DNA from: Armatimonadota bacterium
Lineage (GTDB): Bacteria > Armatimonadota > Fimbriimonadia > Fimbriimonadales > GBS-DC
Assembly: GCA_037444405.1 (NCBI GenBank)
Contig: JBBIML010000018.1
Location: forward strand, 1 to 64,000
Reading direction: 5' to 3'
Length of the DNA: 64,000 nt
Part shown: positions 9,184 through 18,652 of the stretch, piece by piece
Position numbering within the stretch: the first letter of the stretch is position 1
Layout of the letters: the number at the start of each line of letters is the position of its first letter
Made by a program: the position numbers and the translations under genes
Notes under the pieces: generated by a model
What the model was told of the DNA's origin: nothing
The model's database searches: none
Seen by the model: only the letters and a program-made list of their open reading frames with translations

Positions 9184-10776
9184 ATGCGGGATGGACGAGG
9201 TAGCCCAAAGGAGGGTCTTGTCGGTGCAACAGTGGGGTTCTTCGTTGGCTTTGCAGCGGTTGCCCTCTTCGGTCCGACCGCCCTGCGCTTTAAGGAGCTG
9301 ATGGGGCTGAGCCCTCAGGAGGTGGGATTGCTGGTGGCGATCCCGGCGCTTTCAGGCTCGCTTTTGCGAATCCCCTTTGGGGCGTGGGTGGACACCACGG
9401 GCGGGCGCAAGCCGTTCCTGATCCTGCTGGGGCTTGCCCTGGTGGGGATGACAGGGCTGACCCTGCTGGTCCACCTGTATTACCCGGAGCGGCTTCATCG
9501 GGGATTCTACCTGCCTCTGCTTGTGCTTGGCGTGCTCTGCGGCTGTGGCATCGCCACCTTCTCCGTCGGGATAGGACAGGTGTCTTACTGGTTTCCACGT
9601 TCCTATCAGGGGCGGGCGCTGGCGTTCTACGCAGGGCTCGGCAATTTGGCGCCGGGATTGTTCTCCCTGCTGCTCCCCATCACGTTGGGGAGCTGGGGGC
9701 TTAAGGGCGCCTACCTCGCATGGCTATTGATACTCGCGGTGGGCACCGTGCTGTACGCTTTCATGGGGCATAATGCCTGGTACTTTCAGTTTCGCCAGCA
9801 GGGGCTTTCGGAGCTGGAGGCGCGTCAGCAAGCAGCGGCACGCGGTCAGGAAAATTTCCCCACCGGGAACCTGGTGGAAAGCCTGCGGGTTTCAGCGCTT
9901 ACCTGGCGAACATGGGCGCTGGTCGTTATCTACTTCACCACCTTTGGCGGCTTCGTTGCCCTGACCGCGTGGTTGCCAGTCTACTGGAGCTCCTTTTTCG
10001 GGCTGGGAGCGATCACTGCTGGCGCTTTAACCGCCCTCTACTCGCTGCTAACCTCGTTTATTCGAGTCGTTGGAGGCGGGCTGTCCGATGAGCTGGAGCG
10101 CGGCGGTGAAAACACAGCTATTCTGGCACTGATGACGATGGTTAACGGCGCATTGTTGATGACGCTCACCAGCAAGTTCGAGGTTGCCGTGCCGGGCATC
10201 ATCCTGATGGCGATTGGCATGGGCATATGCAACGCTGCAGTCTTCCGATTAGTGCCTCAGGTAGTGCCCCAGGCGGTCGGCGGCGCTGCCGGCTGGGTTG
10301 GTGGGCTGGGCGCCTTCGGTGGCTTTATAATCCCTCCCATCATGGGGTTCGCAGTCCAGCGGCACGGAATGGAAGGCTATCCGCTTGGATTTGTGACCTT
10401 CCTTGCCCTCTCACTGCTTTCCCTCTTTCTTGTATGGATTCTCAAATACTTGCGGTCCGAGACCGAGCCATCGCCATCCATCACGAAAAGCGAGCTAACT
10501 GCTCGCCCGATAAGTGATCGAACGGCTTCGACCTATCGCATTATCATCGACGCTAACCGATGCTGGGAACTGGCAACACGCGAAGGCGGTTTCCAGTGCG
10601 ACCGATGTGTACGCGTCTGTCCCCATGTATTTGAAAAACCCTCCCCTCACGCCCCTGCGCGCGTGCGACCGGGTGTTGAGGTCGACGCCCATCTATCAGC
10701 CGTGCGAAAAGCGATTCGGAGCTGTCCGGCAAACGCCATCCTTCTGGTGGAAGTCGTGGAAGAGAGCCGAGTTTGA
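9184..10776 (+). CDS. narK: NarK/NNP-family nitrate/nitrite MFS transporter with a C-terminal ferredoxin-like domain
   Basis: Both NNP arginines present (LLRIPFG, FIRVVGG), plus YFTTFGGF and GGLGAFGGF. Tail reads IDANRC-x11-CDRCVRVCP...CPANAI. Confidence 0.85.
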   Translation: MRDGRGSPKEGLVGATVGFFVGFAAVALFGPTALRFKELMGLSPQEVGLLVAIPALSGSLLRIPFGAWVDTTGGRKPFLILLGLALVGMTGLTLLVHLYYPERLHRGFYLPLLVLGVLCGCGIATFSVGIGQVSYWFPRSYQGRALAFYAGLGNLAPGLFSLLLPITLGSWGLKGAYLAWLLILAVGTVLYAFMGHNAWYFQFRQQGLSELEARQQAAARGQENFPTGNLVESLRVSALTWRTWALVVIYFTTFGGFVALTAWLPVYWSSFFGLGAITAGALTALYSLLTSFIRVVGGGLSDELERGGENTAILALMTMVNGALLMTLTSKFEVAVPGIILMAIGMGICNAAVFRLVPQVVPQAVGGAAGWVGGLGAFGGFIIPPIMGFAVQRHGMEGYPLGFVTFLALSLLSLFLVWILKYLRSETEPSPSITKSELTARPISDRTASTYRIIIDANRCWELATREGGFQCDRCVRVCPHVFEKPSPHAPARVRPGVEVDAHLSAVRKAIRSCPANAILLVEVVEESRV

Positions 10777-10804
10777 GCAGCTCATCATTTCCATCGGATG
10801 GTTG

Positions 10805-10830
10805 CCCCCTCCCCATGAAAGGGAAGGGGG
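10805..10830. repeat. REP-like C-rich/G-rich hairpin between convergent genes
   Basis: CCCCCTCCCC-ATGAAA-GGGAAGGGGG. Confidence 0.45.
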
Positions 10831-10840
10831 TTGACCACTT

Positions 10841-11758
10841 TCATGGCTGGCACGCGCTGCAGGGACCGCGCGAGCATTGACCCCGCGTGGCGCTGGGGTC
10901 ATAGTCGGGGCGGAACAGCCACGGGTTGCAGCCGTCCCACCAGATACTGCCTGGTTGACCCTGCGCGTTATACTGCGTGTAGGGGTCGGTGCGCCAGTCG
11001 GTGTCGTTGGGGGCGAGCTGGGCGCCCAGCCGACGCCAGCGCGCGCTGCCATCCGCCGCGATGAAGGTCGCGCCCTGCGCGTGAATCCACATCGTGCCGT
11101 CCAGCCCGAACATCACGCCGCGCGGGTAGGCGTCCGACACCACGCCGCTCAAACAGCTGAAGTAGCGGCAGGGGCGAGCGGCATCGGTACACTCCAGCGA
11201 CGGGTTGGTGAGCGCGAAGCCCTCCACCGCCACCTTGCCGCGCCCCTCCCATATCACCGGCAGAGTCGATGGGCTGGCGACCACCGCCTGACTCAGCCCG
11301 TGCAGGAGTCCATTATAGGTGTAGCTCACGCGGGCGGGCGGCGACACCGAGTAGTTCACGCCGCTCAATCGCACCGATGCCCCCGACGGGCAGGCGTACA
11401 GCCCCAGATTCTTGATATAGGGCTGGATCGCGTTTGACCAGTGAACTGGATAGGCAGCCATCAGCGGATGATTGGGCGGCAGGTCGGGACGCCAGTTCGC
11501 GGGCGTCGCGTGGTAACGATTCCAGAGCCATGCGCCTGTGCCCCCTTCACGCCCAAAACCGAGCGGGAAGGTCTCTTCATGGTCGGTCAGATAGCCCATT
11601 AGCGCCGGCCCAAGCTGACGCGAATGGTTCAGGCAGGCGGTCTGGCGCGCCTTCTCCCGCGCCTGGGCAAACACAGGCATCAATATCGCTGCCAGCACAG
11701 CGATAATCGCTATCACGACCAGTAGCTCAATCAAAGTGAACCCTCGTGCATTTCGCAT
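10841..11758 (-). CDS. Prepilin-type N-methylation / DUF1559 protein
   Basis: [30 protein letters not shown] and C-terminal [12 protein letters not shown] (H-X9-DG); SD AGGAGG. Confidence 0.9.
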   Translation of the reverse strand: MRNARGFTLIELLVVIAIIAVLAAILMPVFAQAREKARQTACLNHSRQLGPALMGYLTDHEETFPLGFGREGGTGAWLWNRYHATPANWRPDLPPNHPLMAAYPVHWSNAIQPYIKNLGLYACPSGASVRLSGVNYSVSPPARVSYTYNGLLHGLSQAVVASPSTLPVIWEGRGKVAVEGFALTNPSLECTDAARPCRYFSCLSGVVSDAYPRGVMFGLDGTMWIHAQGATFIAADGSARWRRLGAQLAPNDTDWRTDPYTQYNAQGQPGSIWWDGCNPWLFRPDYDPSATRGQCSRGPCSACQP

Positions 11759-11765
11759 GATTTCT

Positions 11766-11877
11766 CCTCCTGATGCGGTTGGGATTACCGACGATCTGTC
11801 GGCGAGCAAAACAGCGTAAGCGCGCAGCACACCGTTGCGTGCTGTGCAGCGGATCAAGAGCGGGACGCATCAGGAGG
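11766..11877 (-). promoter_or_regulatory. SD-sequestering long-range stem pairing the leader's RAPP codons with the DUF1559 SD
   Basis: + strand CCTCCTGATGCG (11766-11777) and CGCATCAGGAGG (11866-11877) are a perfect 12-bp inverted repeat. Confidence 0.75.
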
Positions 11878-12246
11878 CGCACGCGGGGATTCAGGAGTCA
11901 GTGTGCGCAGGTGGGCGGCAAGGACTGGCTCGATCCAGCTGGGTGACGCTTTCCCGGCGGGTGTTGGCGCCGTGCCCTCGCCTGTGAGCGTCGCCATCAG
12001 CGGCACGAAGGGCATCGGCTTCTTGGGTGGGTCGCCCGGTTGCGGCGCCTGCGGATGGCAGATTCCGCAGTTCGGGCAGGCGTCCGAATCGGGCGCGGTG
12101 AGCCAGTCTGCGACAGGCACGCTCCGACAGCATGACGGCTCCTGCCGCTCGCAGGCGTACCAGCAGCCCAGCGCCATGCTTACTGGCGCCACTATCAGCC
12201 ACAGCGCCAGCACCGATATGAGCCATCGCTGAATCGGGCGTGCCAC
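11854..12246 (-). CDS. Cys-rich exported leader peptide with CxxC and C-terminal RAPP motif (DUF2946/CruR/CutF-like)
   Basis: Signal-like N-terminus, CWYAC, CC, CPNCGIC, Pro-rich linker and the end ..[11 protein letters not shown]. Confidence 0.7.
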   Translation of the reverse strand: MARPIQRWLISVLALWLIVAPVSMALGCWYACERQEPSCCRSVPVADWLTAPDSDACPNCGICHPQAPQPGDPPKKPMPFVPLMATLTGEGTAPTPAGKASPSWIEPVLAAHLRTLTPESPRAPPDASRS

Positions 12247-12281
12247 CGCTGTTATTATACCCCAGCAGGTAGACTCTTGCC

Positions 12282-12848
12282 ATGCGCATCTACACGCGGA
12301 CGGGTGACACGGGCGAGACGGGGTTGATTGGCGGGGCGCGCGTGCCCAAAGATGATCTGCGCGTGGAGGCTTACGGCAGTGTGGACGAGCTGAACGCCAC
12401 GCTGGGGCTGACGCGCTGCTTTATTGAGCATGAAGACCTGAACGCCCTGCTGGAGCGCATTCAGCGGCAACTGTTCGATATGGGCGCGGAGCTGGCGTCG
12501 CCGCCTGAACGCGCCCACCAGTTTGCCACGCTCAGTGAAACCGATGTGCAGGCGCTGGAGCAGGCGATTGACCAGCTGGAGGCGGAGCTGGAGCCGTTAC
12601 GCCAGTTCATTTTGCCAGGGGGTACGCCCGCCGCCGCCGCGCTCCATCTGGCGCGCACCGTCTGCCGCCGCGCCGAGCGGCGCGTGGTCACGCTCAACCG
12701 CCACAGCACAGTCCGACCAGTGGTGATTCAGTATCTCAATCGTCTCAGCGACCTGCTGTTTGTGCTGGCACGAGTCGCCAATCACCGCGCCAGCGTGCCC
12801 GATGTCCCATGGAAACGGGCAGCAGAACAACTGTCTCCAGTGGAGTAA
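12282..12848 (+). CDS. pduO: ATP:cob(I)alamin adenosyltransferase, PduO type
   Basis: IYTRTGDTGET, YGSVDELN, FILPGG, ARTVCRRAER and YLNRLSDLLF. Confidence 0.93.
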   Translation: MRIYTRTGDTGETGLIGGARVPKDDLRVEAYGSVDELNATLGLTRCFIEHEDLNALLERIQRQLFDMGAELASPPERAHQFATLSETDVQALEQAIDQLEAELEPLRQFILPGGTPAAAALHLARTVCRRAERRVVTLNRHSTVRPVVIQYLNRLSDLLFVLARVANHRASVPDVPWKRAAEQLSPVE

Positions 12849-12866
12849 GGTATACTCCATCCTGCG

Positions 12867-13394
12867 ATGCTGCCGGAAGAGGCGGTTCCTGTTGCTGGGG
12901 AACGGGTCAGTTTTGAGCGGGAGCGTGGGGTCAGCGCGATTGTGGTCTCCCCGGAGGTCACCTATCTCTTCGTGCGCGTGCCCGATTCGTCCGATGTGCC
13001 CCAGCAGCGGCTGGCAATCCTGAACGCGCTGAAGCAGGCGAACATCAGTATCTTTTTGATTAAGCTGCAGCGGCAGGGGCTGAGTTTCGGCGTGCAAGCG
13101 ACCGAGATGGAGCGTGCCCGCGCCGTGCTGGAGGAAGCGGGTTTCTCTGTAACGGTCAAGCCCCAGCGCGTAATGGTGTCGGTGTTCGCGCAGAACATGC
13201 GCGAGTTGCACGGCGTGCTGGCGCGAATCGCCGAGATTCTGTACGAATCGGGCGCGGCGATCGAGCAGATCAGCGACGCGCACAACCGCGTCACCTGCCT
13301 GATTGAAGCCAGCAAGGCGCCGCAGGTGGTCGCCAAACTGCGGCGTGCCTTCCGCCTGCGCGAGCGAGCCGTGCATTACGCCACCAGGAGGTAG
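12867..13394 (+). CDS. Stand-alone tandem ACT-domain protein (aspartokinase beta-like)
   Basis: Two ACT-like repeats (MVSVFAQNMRELHGVLARI..ISDAHNRVTCLI), 2 bp upstream of lysC. Confidence 0.7.
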   Translation: MLPEEAVPVAGERVSFERERGVSAIVVSPEVTYLFVRVPDSSDVPQQRLAILNALKQANISIFLIKLQRQGLSFGVQATEMERARAVLEEAGFSVTVKPQRVMVSVFAQNMRELHGVLARIAEILYESGAAIEQISDAHNRVTCLIEASKAPQVVAKLRRAFRLRERAVHYATRR

Positions 13395-13396
13395 CC

Positions 13397-14770
13397 ATGC
13401 GCATTCGGGTGCTGAAGTTCGGGGGCACAAGCGTCGACACGCACGAGCATCGGCTCATGGCAGCCCGCAAGGTGATCCAGTGCCTGGAGATGGGCTGCAA
13501 GCCGGTGGTGGTCGTCTCCGCGATTGGGCGGCGTGGCGAGCCGTACGCCACCGACACCCTGGTGGAGTTCCTCACCCAGTTAGACCCCAGCGTGCCGCCG
13601 CACCCGCGCGAGAAAGACCTGATGATGGCGTGCGGTGAGATTATCTCCACTGTGATTATGGCGCAAACGCTGCGCATTCTGGGCTATCCGTCGGTCGCGC
13701 TCACGGGCAATCAGGCGGGCATCATCACCGATTCGGAGTTCGGCAACGCGCGCATTCTGGAGATCAACCCCACGCCCATCCTGCGCTGTCTGGAGTGCGG
13801 CTGGATACCGGTGGTGGCGGGCTTTCAGGGCGTGACGCGACCCGATAAAATTTTCTCTCGGGGCGCCATCACGACGCTGGGTCGGGGCGGGAGCGACACC
13901 ACCGCCGCCGCACTGGGCGCCGCGCTACAGGCGGAAGCCGTCGAGATTTACACCGATGTGGACGGCGTGAAGACCGCCGACCCCGACTTCGTGCCCGACG
14001 CGCCCACCCTGCGCGAAATCACCTATGAAGAGGTCGCCGAGATCGCCCATCAGGGTGCGCGCGTGCTGCACCCACGCGCCGCCGAAATCGCGATGGACTA
14101 CGGAATCCCCCTCTGGGTCAAATGCACCTTCACCGATGAGCCGGGCACGCGCGTAGTCGCCCAGCTCAAATCGGGACAGCGACGCATCACGGGCGTCACC
14201 CATACGGGCAAACTGGTCTATCTCAGTTTTCATATCCCTTACGCCGAGCATAAGGCGCTGCTGGAGCTGGAAATCTATCGGCTGATGGCGCGCATCGGGG
14301 TCAACCTGCAGGGCGTGGGCGTGGATGAGGAGGGGCTGGGCATCGCCTTCTCGCGCGAACACTGGCAGCGCGTGCGCACCGCGCTCGACGGGCTGGTGGT
14401 GCCCCTGCGTTCAACTGCCTGCACCAACGGGCTGCCGGTGTTCTACCTGCTGCAGTTCGGCGAGCAGCCCACCGAAGTGTGCCAGATTCAGCGCGGGATG
14501 CTGGACAAGGCGGGGCTGGGCGGCGAGCGACTGCGCCCCGTGCCCATCAGCGTCGCTGAAGGCTGCACGATGGTCTCCCTCATCGCGCACGGCTACAGCC
14601 AGGAACCCGGCATCTTCGCCATGCTCTATCAGACGCTGCTGCAGGAGGGCATCCCCGTGTGGCAGACCGCCGACTCGGAGCTGAGCCTCTCCTGCATCAT
14701 TCCCGAAAGCGAAGTGGAAAAGGCGGTGAGAGTAATCCATGAGCGATTCGGACTCCATCAGGCGAGCTGA
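13397..14770 (+). CDS. lysC: Aspartokinase
   Basis: VLKFGGTSV, VVVVSA, VAGFQG, TTLGRGGSDTTA, YTDVDG and C-terminal ACT domains. Confidence 0.92.
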   Translation: MRIRVLKFGGTSVDTHEHRLMAARKVIQCLEMGCKPVVVVSAIGRRGEPYATDTLVEFLTQLDPSVPPHPREKDLMMACGEIISTVIMAQTLRILGYPSVALTGNQAGIITDSEFGNARILEINPTPILRCLECGWIPVVAGFQGVTRPDKIFSRGAITTLGRGGSDTTAAALGAALQAEAVEIYTDVDGVKTADPDFVPDAPTLREITYEEVAEIAHQGARVLHPRAAEIAMDYGIPLWVKCTFTDEPGTRVVAQLKSGQRRITGVTHTGKLVYLSFHIPYAEHKALLELEIYRLMARIGVNLQGVGVDEEGLGIAFSREHWQRVRTALDGLVVPLRSTACTNGLPVFYLLQFGEQPTEVCQIQRGMLDKAGLGGERLRPVPISVAEGCTMVSLIAHGYSQEPGIFAMLYQTLLQEGIPVWQTADSELSLSCIIPESEVEKAVRVIHERFGLHQAS

Positions 14771-15110
14771 GGAGGGCGAGCCGCCAGAGCCGATTGAGCC
14801 GCCGGAGCTGCCGCCGACGCCCGAACTGCCTGAGGTGCCTGAGGTGAAGTTCGAGCGTCCAAAGCTGGAGCCGTCGCGTGCGCCGCGCGTGCTGGAGGCG
14901 TCGCGCGGGATGGCGCTCGCCTTCTCGGTCGGCTTCGCGCTCACCGGTCCCATCATTCTGGGCGCACTGCTGGGGCTGTGGCTGGATCGCCTGCTGCACA
15001 CCGCGCCCTGGCTGACCGTCGGGTTGCTGCTGCTGGGCATCGTGGCGGGCTTCACCCAGATGATTCGCATACTCGATCGCCTGCAGGAGGAGCAGGAGCG
15101 CAAGCCGTGA
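14739..15110 (+). CDS. atpZ: AtpZ/AtpI-family small membrane protein
   Basis: Two TM helices with GLWLDR..PW..GLLLLG. Confidence 0.75.
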   Translation: MSDSDSIRRAEEGEPPEPIEPPELPPTPELPEVPEVKFERPKLEPSRAPRVLEASRGMALAFSVGFALTGPIILGALLGLWLDRLLHTAPWLTVGLLLLGIVAGFTQMIRILDRLQEEQERKP

Positions 15111-15481
15111 GAGAGACGCCTTCACCCGAAGCAATGGTGCGTTCCGCGGTGCGCCTGACCGCGCTGCTCGCCGCGCTCGGTTTCATCGCAACGCTGATGC
15201 TGGGCGTGCCGCGTGTGGGTGCAGGGCTGCTGACTGGCACGCTGACGATGGGCGCCATCACGCTCTTTCACAGTGCGCTGGCACGCCGATTCGCCCAGCC
15301 GGGCAGCCGCGCCTTCCCGCGCATGCTGATGCTCTCCGGAGTGGTGAAGTATCCCATCCTGATCCTGATTGTCTACCTGATGGTCAAGGGCGGGATGGCG
15401 ATGGTGGCGGGCTTCATTCTGGGCGTGCTGTTGCCGCTCGGCGTGCTGACCGTGCTGGCGGTTCGCGCCAGCGCCGCCTGA
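15107..15481 (+). CDS. atpI: ATP synthase protein I-like 4-TM membrane protein
   Basis: GTGA overlap with atpZ; four hydrophobic segments including VKYPILILIVYL. Confidence 0.55.
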   Translation: MRETPSPEAMVRSAVRLTALLAALGFIATLMLGVPRVGAGLLTGTLTMGAITLFHSALARRFAQPGSRAFPRMLMLSGVVKYPILILIVYLMVKGGMAMVAGFILGVLLPLGVLTVLAVRASAA

Positions 15482-15502
15482 CCAGCGAGTATACTGTTAG
15501 CG

Positions 15503-16540
15503 ATGGCACGATTCGTCATAGGGGTCGATCTGGGCGGCACAAATGTGCGCGCGGCGCTGGTGGATCGCACGGGCACAATAGTGGGCGAGCCGTTGCAACA
15601 GCCCTCGCGGGCGCAGGAGGGCTTCCCCGCCACGCTCGACGCGATTGTGCGCACAATTGAGGGCGCCATCCAGTCGGCGGGTGTTGAAAAGCGCGCGATC
15701 GGCGCGGTTGGCATGGCGGTGCCAGGGCACATCGATAGCATACGGGGCGTGGTGCGCTGGGCGCCCAACTTCGGCGAGTGGCGCGATGGTCTCTTTCACG
15801 AGTGGCGCGAGATACCGCTGGGCGACGCCGTTCAGCAAAAGACGGGACTGCCCGTGTGCATGGGCAACGATGCGAACCTTGCCGCGCTGGGCGAGTATTA
15901 CTACGGCACGGGGCACGGTCGGGCGAAGGGGCTGGTGATGCTCACGCTGGGCACAGGTATCGGCGGCGGTGTCGTGCTGAGTCAGGAGCAGGTGCAGGGC
16001 AATGCTCGCTGGGGGGGCGGCGTTCTGCTGGTGGGCGCAGGCGGCGGCGCAGGCGAACTCGGACATACGATTGTGCTGATGGGTGGACCCCGCTGTGGCT
16101 GCGGCGCCGCCGGCTGCGTCGAAGCGCTCGCCAAGCGCGACGCGATTATCGAACGCGCCCGCGAGAAGATTCGCCGCGCGCCCAGCTGCCTGCTAACGCA
16201 ACTGTGTGAGGGCGACCCCAGCCGAATCACGCCCAAGCTGGTCGCCGACGCCTGCGAGCAGGGCGACCCCATCGCCCGCGAGGTGTGGGAGGAAACAGGC
16301 TACTATATCGGCGTCGCCGTCGCCAGCTTCATCAACATCTTCAATCCCGAAGTGGTGGCGATTGGCGGTCAGATTGCCAAAGCGGGCGCGGTGCTGTTCG
16401 ACGCGATTCGGCGCGCCGCACGCGACTACGCCATTCCCACCCTGCTGGAGATGTGCCAGATCCTGCCTGCCGAACGCATCGATGACGCAGGCATTCTGGG
16501 CGGCGCCGCGCTCGCATGGCAAGCCGTCGGGGAGGGCTGA
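15503..16540 (+). CDS. ROK family sugar kinase (glucokinase-like)
   Basis: GVDLGGT, NDANLAALGE, TLGTGIGGG, GELGH and CGCG..GCVE. Confidence 0.92.
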   Translation: MARFVIGVDLGGTNVRAALVDRTGTIVGEPLQQPSRAQEGFPATLDAIVRTIEGAIQSAGVEKRAIGAVGMAVPGHIDSIRGVVRWAPNFGEWRDGLFHEWREIPLGDAVQQKTGLPVCMGNDANLAALGEYYYGTGHGRAKGLVMLTLGTGIGGGVVLSQEQVQGNARWGGGVLLVGAGGGAGELGHTIVLMGGPRCGCGAAGCVEALAKRDAIIERAREKIRRAPSCLLTQLCEGDPSRITPKLVADACEQGDPIAREVWEETGYYIGVAVASFINIFNPEVVAIGGQIAKAGAVLFDAIRRAARDYAIPTLLEMCQILPAERIDDAGILGGAALAWQAVGEG

Positions 16541-16543
16541 ACC

Positions 16544-16750
16544 ATGCGCTTCCAGATGCACCGACGCACCGAACAGAAAGAGGATGGACGCCTCATCCAC
16601 TACTACACCTTCACGCCCCTGAATGATGAATCGGAGCCTGTCGATTCGTCGCCCGCAACCCAGCCCGATAGCCAGCAGCCGTCGCCCCCGCGTTGCCTGG
16701 GCGTCCCGCCCCAGCCACTGAAGCCAGCGGAGGATGCCTCGCCTCAATAA
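16544..16750 (+). CDS. Small hypothetical protein ([12 protein letters not shown] motif)
   Basis: GGAGG SD; 3 bp after the ROK stop; protein-like N-terminal half. Confidence 0.4.
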   Translation: MRFQMHRRTEQKEDGRLIHYYTFTPLNDESEPVDSSPATQPDSQQPSPPRCLGVPPQPLKPAEDASPQ

Positions 16751-16766
16751 GGTACAATATCAGCCG

Positions 16767-17672
16767 ATGAGCTTTCAGGAGCTGTTGATGCGGCTGGAGC
16801 GGTTCTGGGCGGACTACGGCTGCCTGATTCTGCAGCCGTACGATCTGGAGGTGGGCGCAGGCACGATGGCGCCTGCCACCGCCCTGCGCGCGCTGGGACC
16901 CGAACCGTGGAATGTCGCCTATGCGCAACCGACGCGCCGACCCGCCGACGGACGCTACGCCCGCAACCCCATGCGGCTGCAACACTACTATCAGTATCAG
17001 GTCATTCTCAAGCCGTCGCCCGACGATGTGGTTGATGTCTATTTAGAGAGCCTGCGCGCGCTGGGCATCCAGCCTGAAGAGCATGACATCCGCTTCGTGG
17101 AGGACGACTGGGAAGCCCCGACGCTGGGCGCATCAGGCGTCGGCTGGGAAGTGTGGCTCAACGGCACCGAAATCACCCAGTTCACCTTCTTCCAGCAGGT
17201 GGGCGGCATCGAGTGCGACCCCGTGTGCGCCGAAATCACCTACGGTCCCGAACGGCTCGCCATGCTCATCCAGAAGAAAAACAGCGTGTGGGAGCTGGAG
17301 TGGGGGCACGGGATCACCTACGCCGAAGTGGACTATCAGGCGGAACTGGAGCATAACTACTACAACTTCGAAGAAGCCGACACCGCCATGCTGTTCCAGC
17401 TGTTCGAGATGTACGAGCGGGAGGGCCAGCGGATTGCCGAGCGCGGGCTGGTTCATCCCGCGTTCGACCTGGCGCTCAAATGCTCGCATATCTTCAACCT
17501 GCTGGACGCGCGGGGCAGCATCTCGGTGACGGAGCGCGCCAGCTATATTCAGCGCATTCGCGCCCTCGCCCGCGCCTGCTGCCTGAAATATCTCGAACAG
17601 CGCGAAGCGGAGGGCTTCCCCCTCCTCCAGAAAGGCTGGCGAACACAGCCCCCGTGCAACGGGAGTGATTAA
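16767..17672 (+). CDS. glyQ: Glycyl-tRNA synthetase alpha subunit
   Basis: [46 protein letters not shown] and [13 protein letters not shown]. Confidence 0.95.
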   Translation: MSFQELLMRLERFWADYGCLILQPYDLEVGAGTMAPATALRALGPEPWNVAYAQPTRRPADGRYARNPMRLQHYYQYQVILKPSPDDVVDVYLESLRALGIQPEEHDIRFVEDDWEAPTLGASGVGWEVWLNGTEITQFTFFQQVGGIECDPVCAEITYGPERLAMLIQKKNSVWELEWGHGITYAEVDYQAELEHNYYNFEEADTAMLFQLFEMYEREGQRIAERGLVHPAFDLALKCSHIFNLLDARGSISVTERASYIQRIRALARACCLKYLEQREAEGFPLLQKGWRTQPPCNGSD

Positions 17673-17674
17673 TC

Positions 17675-17917
17675 ATGCCAAAAGCGCGAATCTATATCAC
17701 TCTGAAGCCGACGCTGCTGGATGCGCAGGGGCGCACGATTCAGAACGCCCTGCATCAGCTGGGTTTTAAGGCGGTGCAGAATGTGCGCGTGGGCAAATAT
17801 CTGGAGATTGAGCTGGCGCCCGACGGCGACCCGCGCGCCCAGATCGAAGCGATGTGCCAGCAACTGCTCGCCAACCCCGTGATTGAGCAGTACCGCTACG
17901 AGGTGGTCGACGAATGA
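17675..17917 (+). CDS. purS: FGAM synthase subunit PurS
   Basis: LDAQG, VRVGK and [10 protein letters not shown]. Confidence 0.93.
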   Translation: MPKARIYITLKPTLLDAQGRTIQNALHQLGFKAVQNVRVGKYLEIELAPDGDPRAQIEAMCQQLLANPVIEQYRYEVVDE

Positions 17918-18588
17918 GAGCCGCGGTGGTGGTCTTTCCCGGCTCCAACTGCGATCGGGACGCTTACTATGCCCTGCGCGATGTGCTGGGCTATCCGGTG
18001 GATTACCTCTGGCACGCCGAGCCGCGACTCGACAGCTACGATCTGGTGGTTCTGCCTGGCGGCTTCTCGTATGGCGACTATCTGCGTCCCGGCGCGATTG
18101 CCCGCTTCGCACCGATTATGGATGCCGTTCGCGCCTATGCTGAACGGGGCGGGCGCGTGATTGGCATCTGCAACGGCTTCCAGATTCTGTGTGAGGCGGG
18201 GCTGCTGCCCGGCGCGCTCACGCGCAATATCGGGCTGAAGTTCATTTGCAAGCATGTGTATGTGCGCGTGGAGAACAATCAGACGCCCTTCACGCGCCTG
18301 TTCCGCAAGGGCGAGGTGTTGCGCCTGCCGATTGCGCACGGCGACGGACGCTACCTGTGCGATGAGGAGACGCTGCGTCGAATGGAGGCTCGCGGGCAAA
18401 TTATCTTCCGCTACTGCGCTCCCGATGGCTCCCTCGATGAAGCCTGGAACCTCAACGGCTCACTCGAAGCCATCGCAGGCGTGGCGAACGAGAACTTTAA
18501 TGTGCTGGGGCTGATGCCACACCCGGAACGCGCCTGTGAGGCGCTGCTGGGCAGCACCGACGGACGCCGCATCCTCGCCCTGCAATAA
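17914..18588 (+). CDS. purQ: FGAM synthase glutaminase subunit PurQ
   Basis: [27 protein letters not shown] and MPHPER. Confidence 0.95.
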   Translation: MRAAVVVFPGSNCDRDAYYALRDVLGYPVDYLWHAEPRLDSYDLVVLPGGFSYGDYLRPGAIARFAPIMDAVRAYAERGGRVIGICNGFQILCEAGLLPGALTRNIGLKFICKHVYVRVENNQTPFTRLFRKGEVLRLPIAHGDGRYLCDEETLRRMEARGQIIFRYCAPDGSLDEAWNLNGSLEAIAGVANENFNVLGLMPHPERACEALLGSTDGRRILALQ

Positions 18589-18652
18589 GATTATCCCCCC
18601 CTTGCAAAACTCCATAAAAATAGGGTATAACGCCATTCACTGAGGTGCGGCA

